Assembly: GCA_038087875.1 (NCBI GenBank)
Contig: JAXLNO010000246.1
Span: 124,001-186,000 of the forward strand
From: Malacoraja senta
Lineage: Eukaryota
DNA length: 62,000 bases
Reading direction: 5' to 3'
The stretch's first letter is position 1. The number at the start of each line of letters is the position of its first letter. The notes below the pieces were generated by a model. It saw nothing but the letters and a program-made list of their open reading frames with translations. It did not search any database and was not told the DNA's origin. The translations under genes and the position numbers were made by a program. Below are positions 61,306 through 62,000 of the stretch, piece after piece.

Positions 61306-61598
61306 CTGAAGATAGACACAAAATGCTGGAGTAACTCAACGGGACAGGCAGCATCTCTAGATAGAAGGAATGGGTGACGTTTCAGGTCGAGACCCATTTT
61401 CGGACGGCAGAACTCTCGTTGGAGAGAGGAGAACTTCTTCAAAGTAGGCATACCTTGAGGAGATTTCTCAGTGGAGCAGCCAAATTGTGTAGGAAGGAAC
61501 TGCAAATGCTGCTTCACACTGAAGATAGACACAAAATGCTGGAGTAACTTAGCACGACAAGCAGCATCTCTAAGTAGAAGTGGTGATGTTTCGAGTCA
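61306..61598 (-). mobile_element. Two tandem Penelope termini, period 213 bp
   Basis: ctgaagatagacacaaaatgctggagtaact at 61306 and 61519, each followed by a partial hammerhead motif. Confidence 0.8.
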
Positions 61599-61599
61599 T

Positions 61600-62000
61600 G
61601 CTCTTTGGCATGAGGAATCAAGTCAGCTTGCCCCAATCAGTATCAATGGTGCCAAAGTAGAAATGGTTGAGAGCTTCAAATTCTTTCGTGTAAATATTAC
61701 CAATGAACCTTGATGGACCAACCACAATGAAGGGACAGCCAAGAAGGCACACCAATGCCTCCATTACCTCAGACGACTGAGGAAATTTGGTATGTGTCCA
61801 ATGACTCTTACCAACTTCCATAGATGCACCATAGAAAGCATACTATCAGATTACATCACAGCTTGTTTTCAGAATAGCTTTGTCCAAGACCACAAGATAT
61901 TGCAGAGAGGTGTGGATGTAGCACAGTCCATCACACAGACCAGACTGCCCATCATTGTCTCCATTTACACTTCCTGCCTCTTCAGGAAGACAGCCAACAT
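61600..62000 (+). mobile_element. Rex1/Babar LINE RT C-terminal fragment, runs off the window
   Basis: INGAKVEMVESFKF..VNIT...AKKAHQ.L.YLRRLRKFGM..MTLTNF.RCTIESIL. Confidence 0.88.

Overview
Eukaryotic, repeat-dominated non-coding DNA. The repeat inventory (HE1/V-SINE-type tRNA SINEs, many CR1 fragments, Neptune-type Penelope elements) points to a cartilaginous fish, probably a skate or ray; this is inference. Positions 1-20870 are a C/T-rich polypyrimidine tract broken by a 200-N gap, and about 9 kb of it is repeated imperfectly on both sides of the gap. The long Pro-rich and Gly/Arg/Glu-rich ORFs there are compositional artefacts. Positions 20870-62000 are a mosaic of nested transposons: CR1, Rex1/Babar, Penelope ends carrying minimal hammerhead-ribozyme motifs, SINEs, hAT and Harbinger-like MITEs, a non-autonomous Helitron, a nearly intact Passport-like Tc1 (33121-34740), a solo LTR, and a full-length but disabled Mag-type Gypsy element (56270-60968). 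The only convincing host coding signal is one transmembrane plus basic-tail exon at about 34754, with the Tc1 inserted 13 nt upstream of it. I found no complete host gene, rRNA, tRNA gene or CRISPR array. The best leads are the hammerhead-bearing fold-back Penelope ends and the Tc1 insertion at the splice acceptor. I cannot claim a new biological system from sequence alone. Boundaries of degenerate fragments are approximate.
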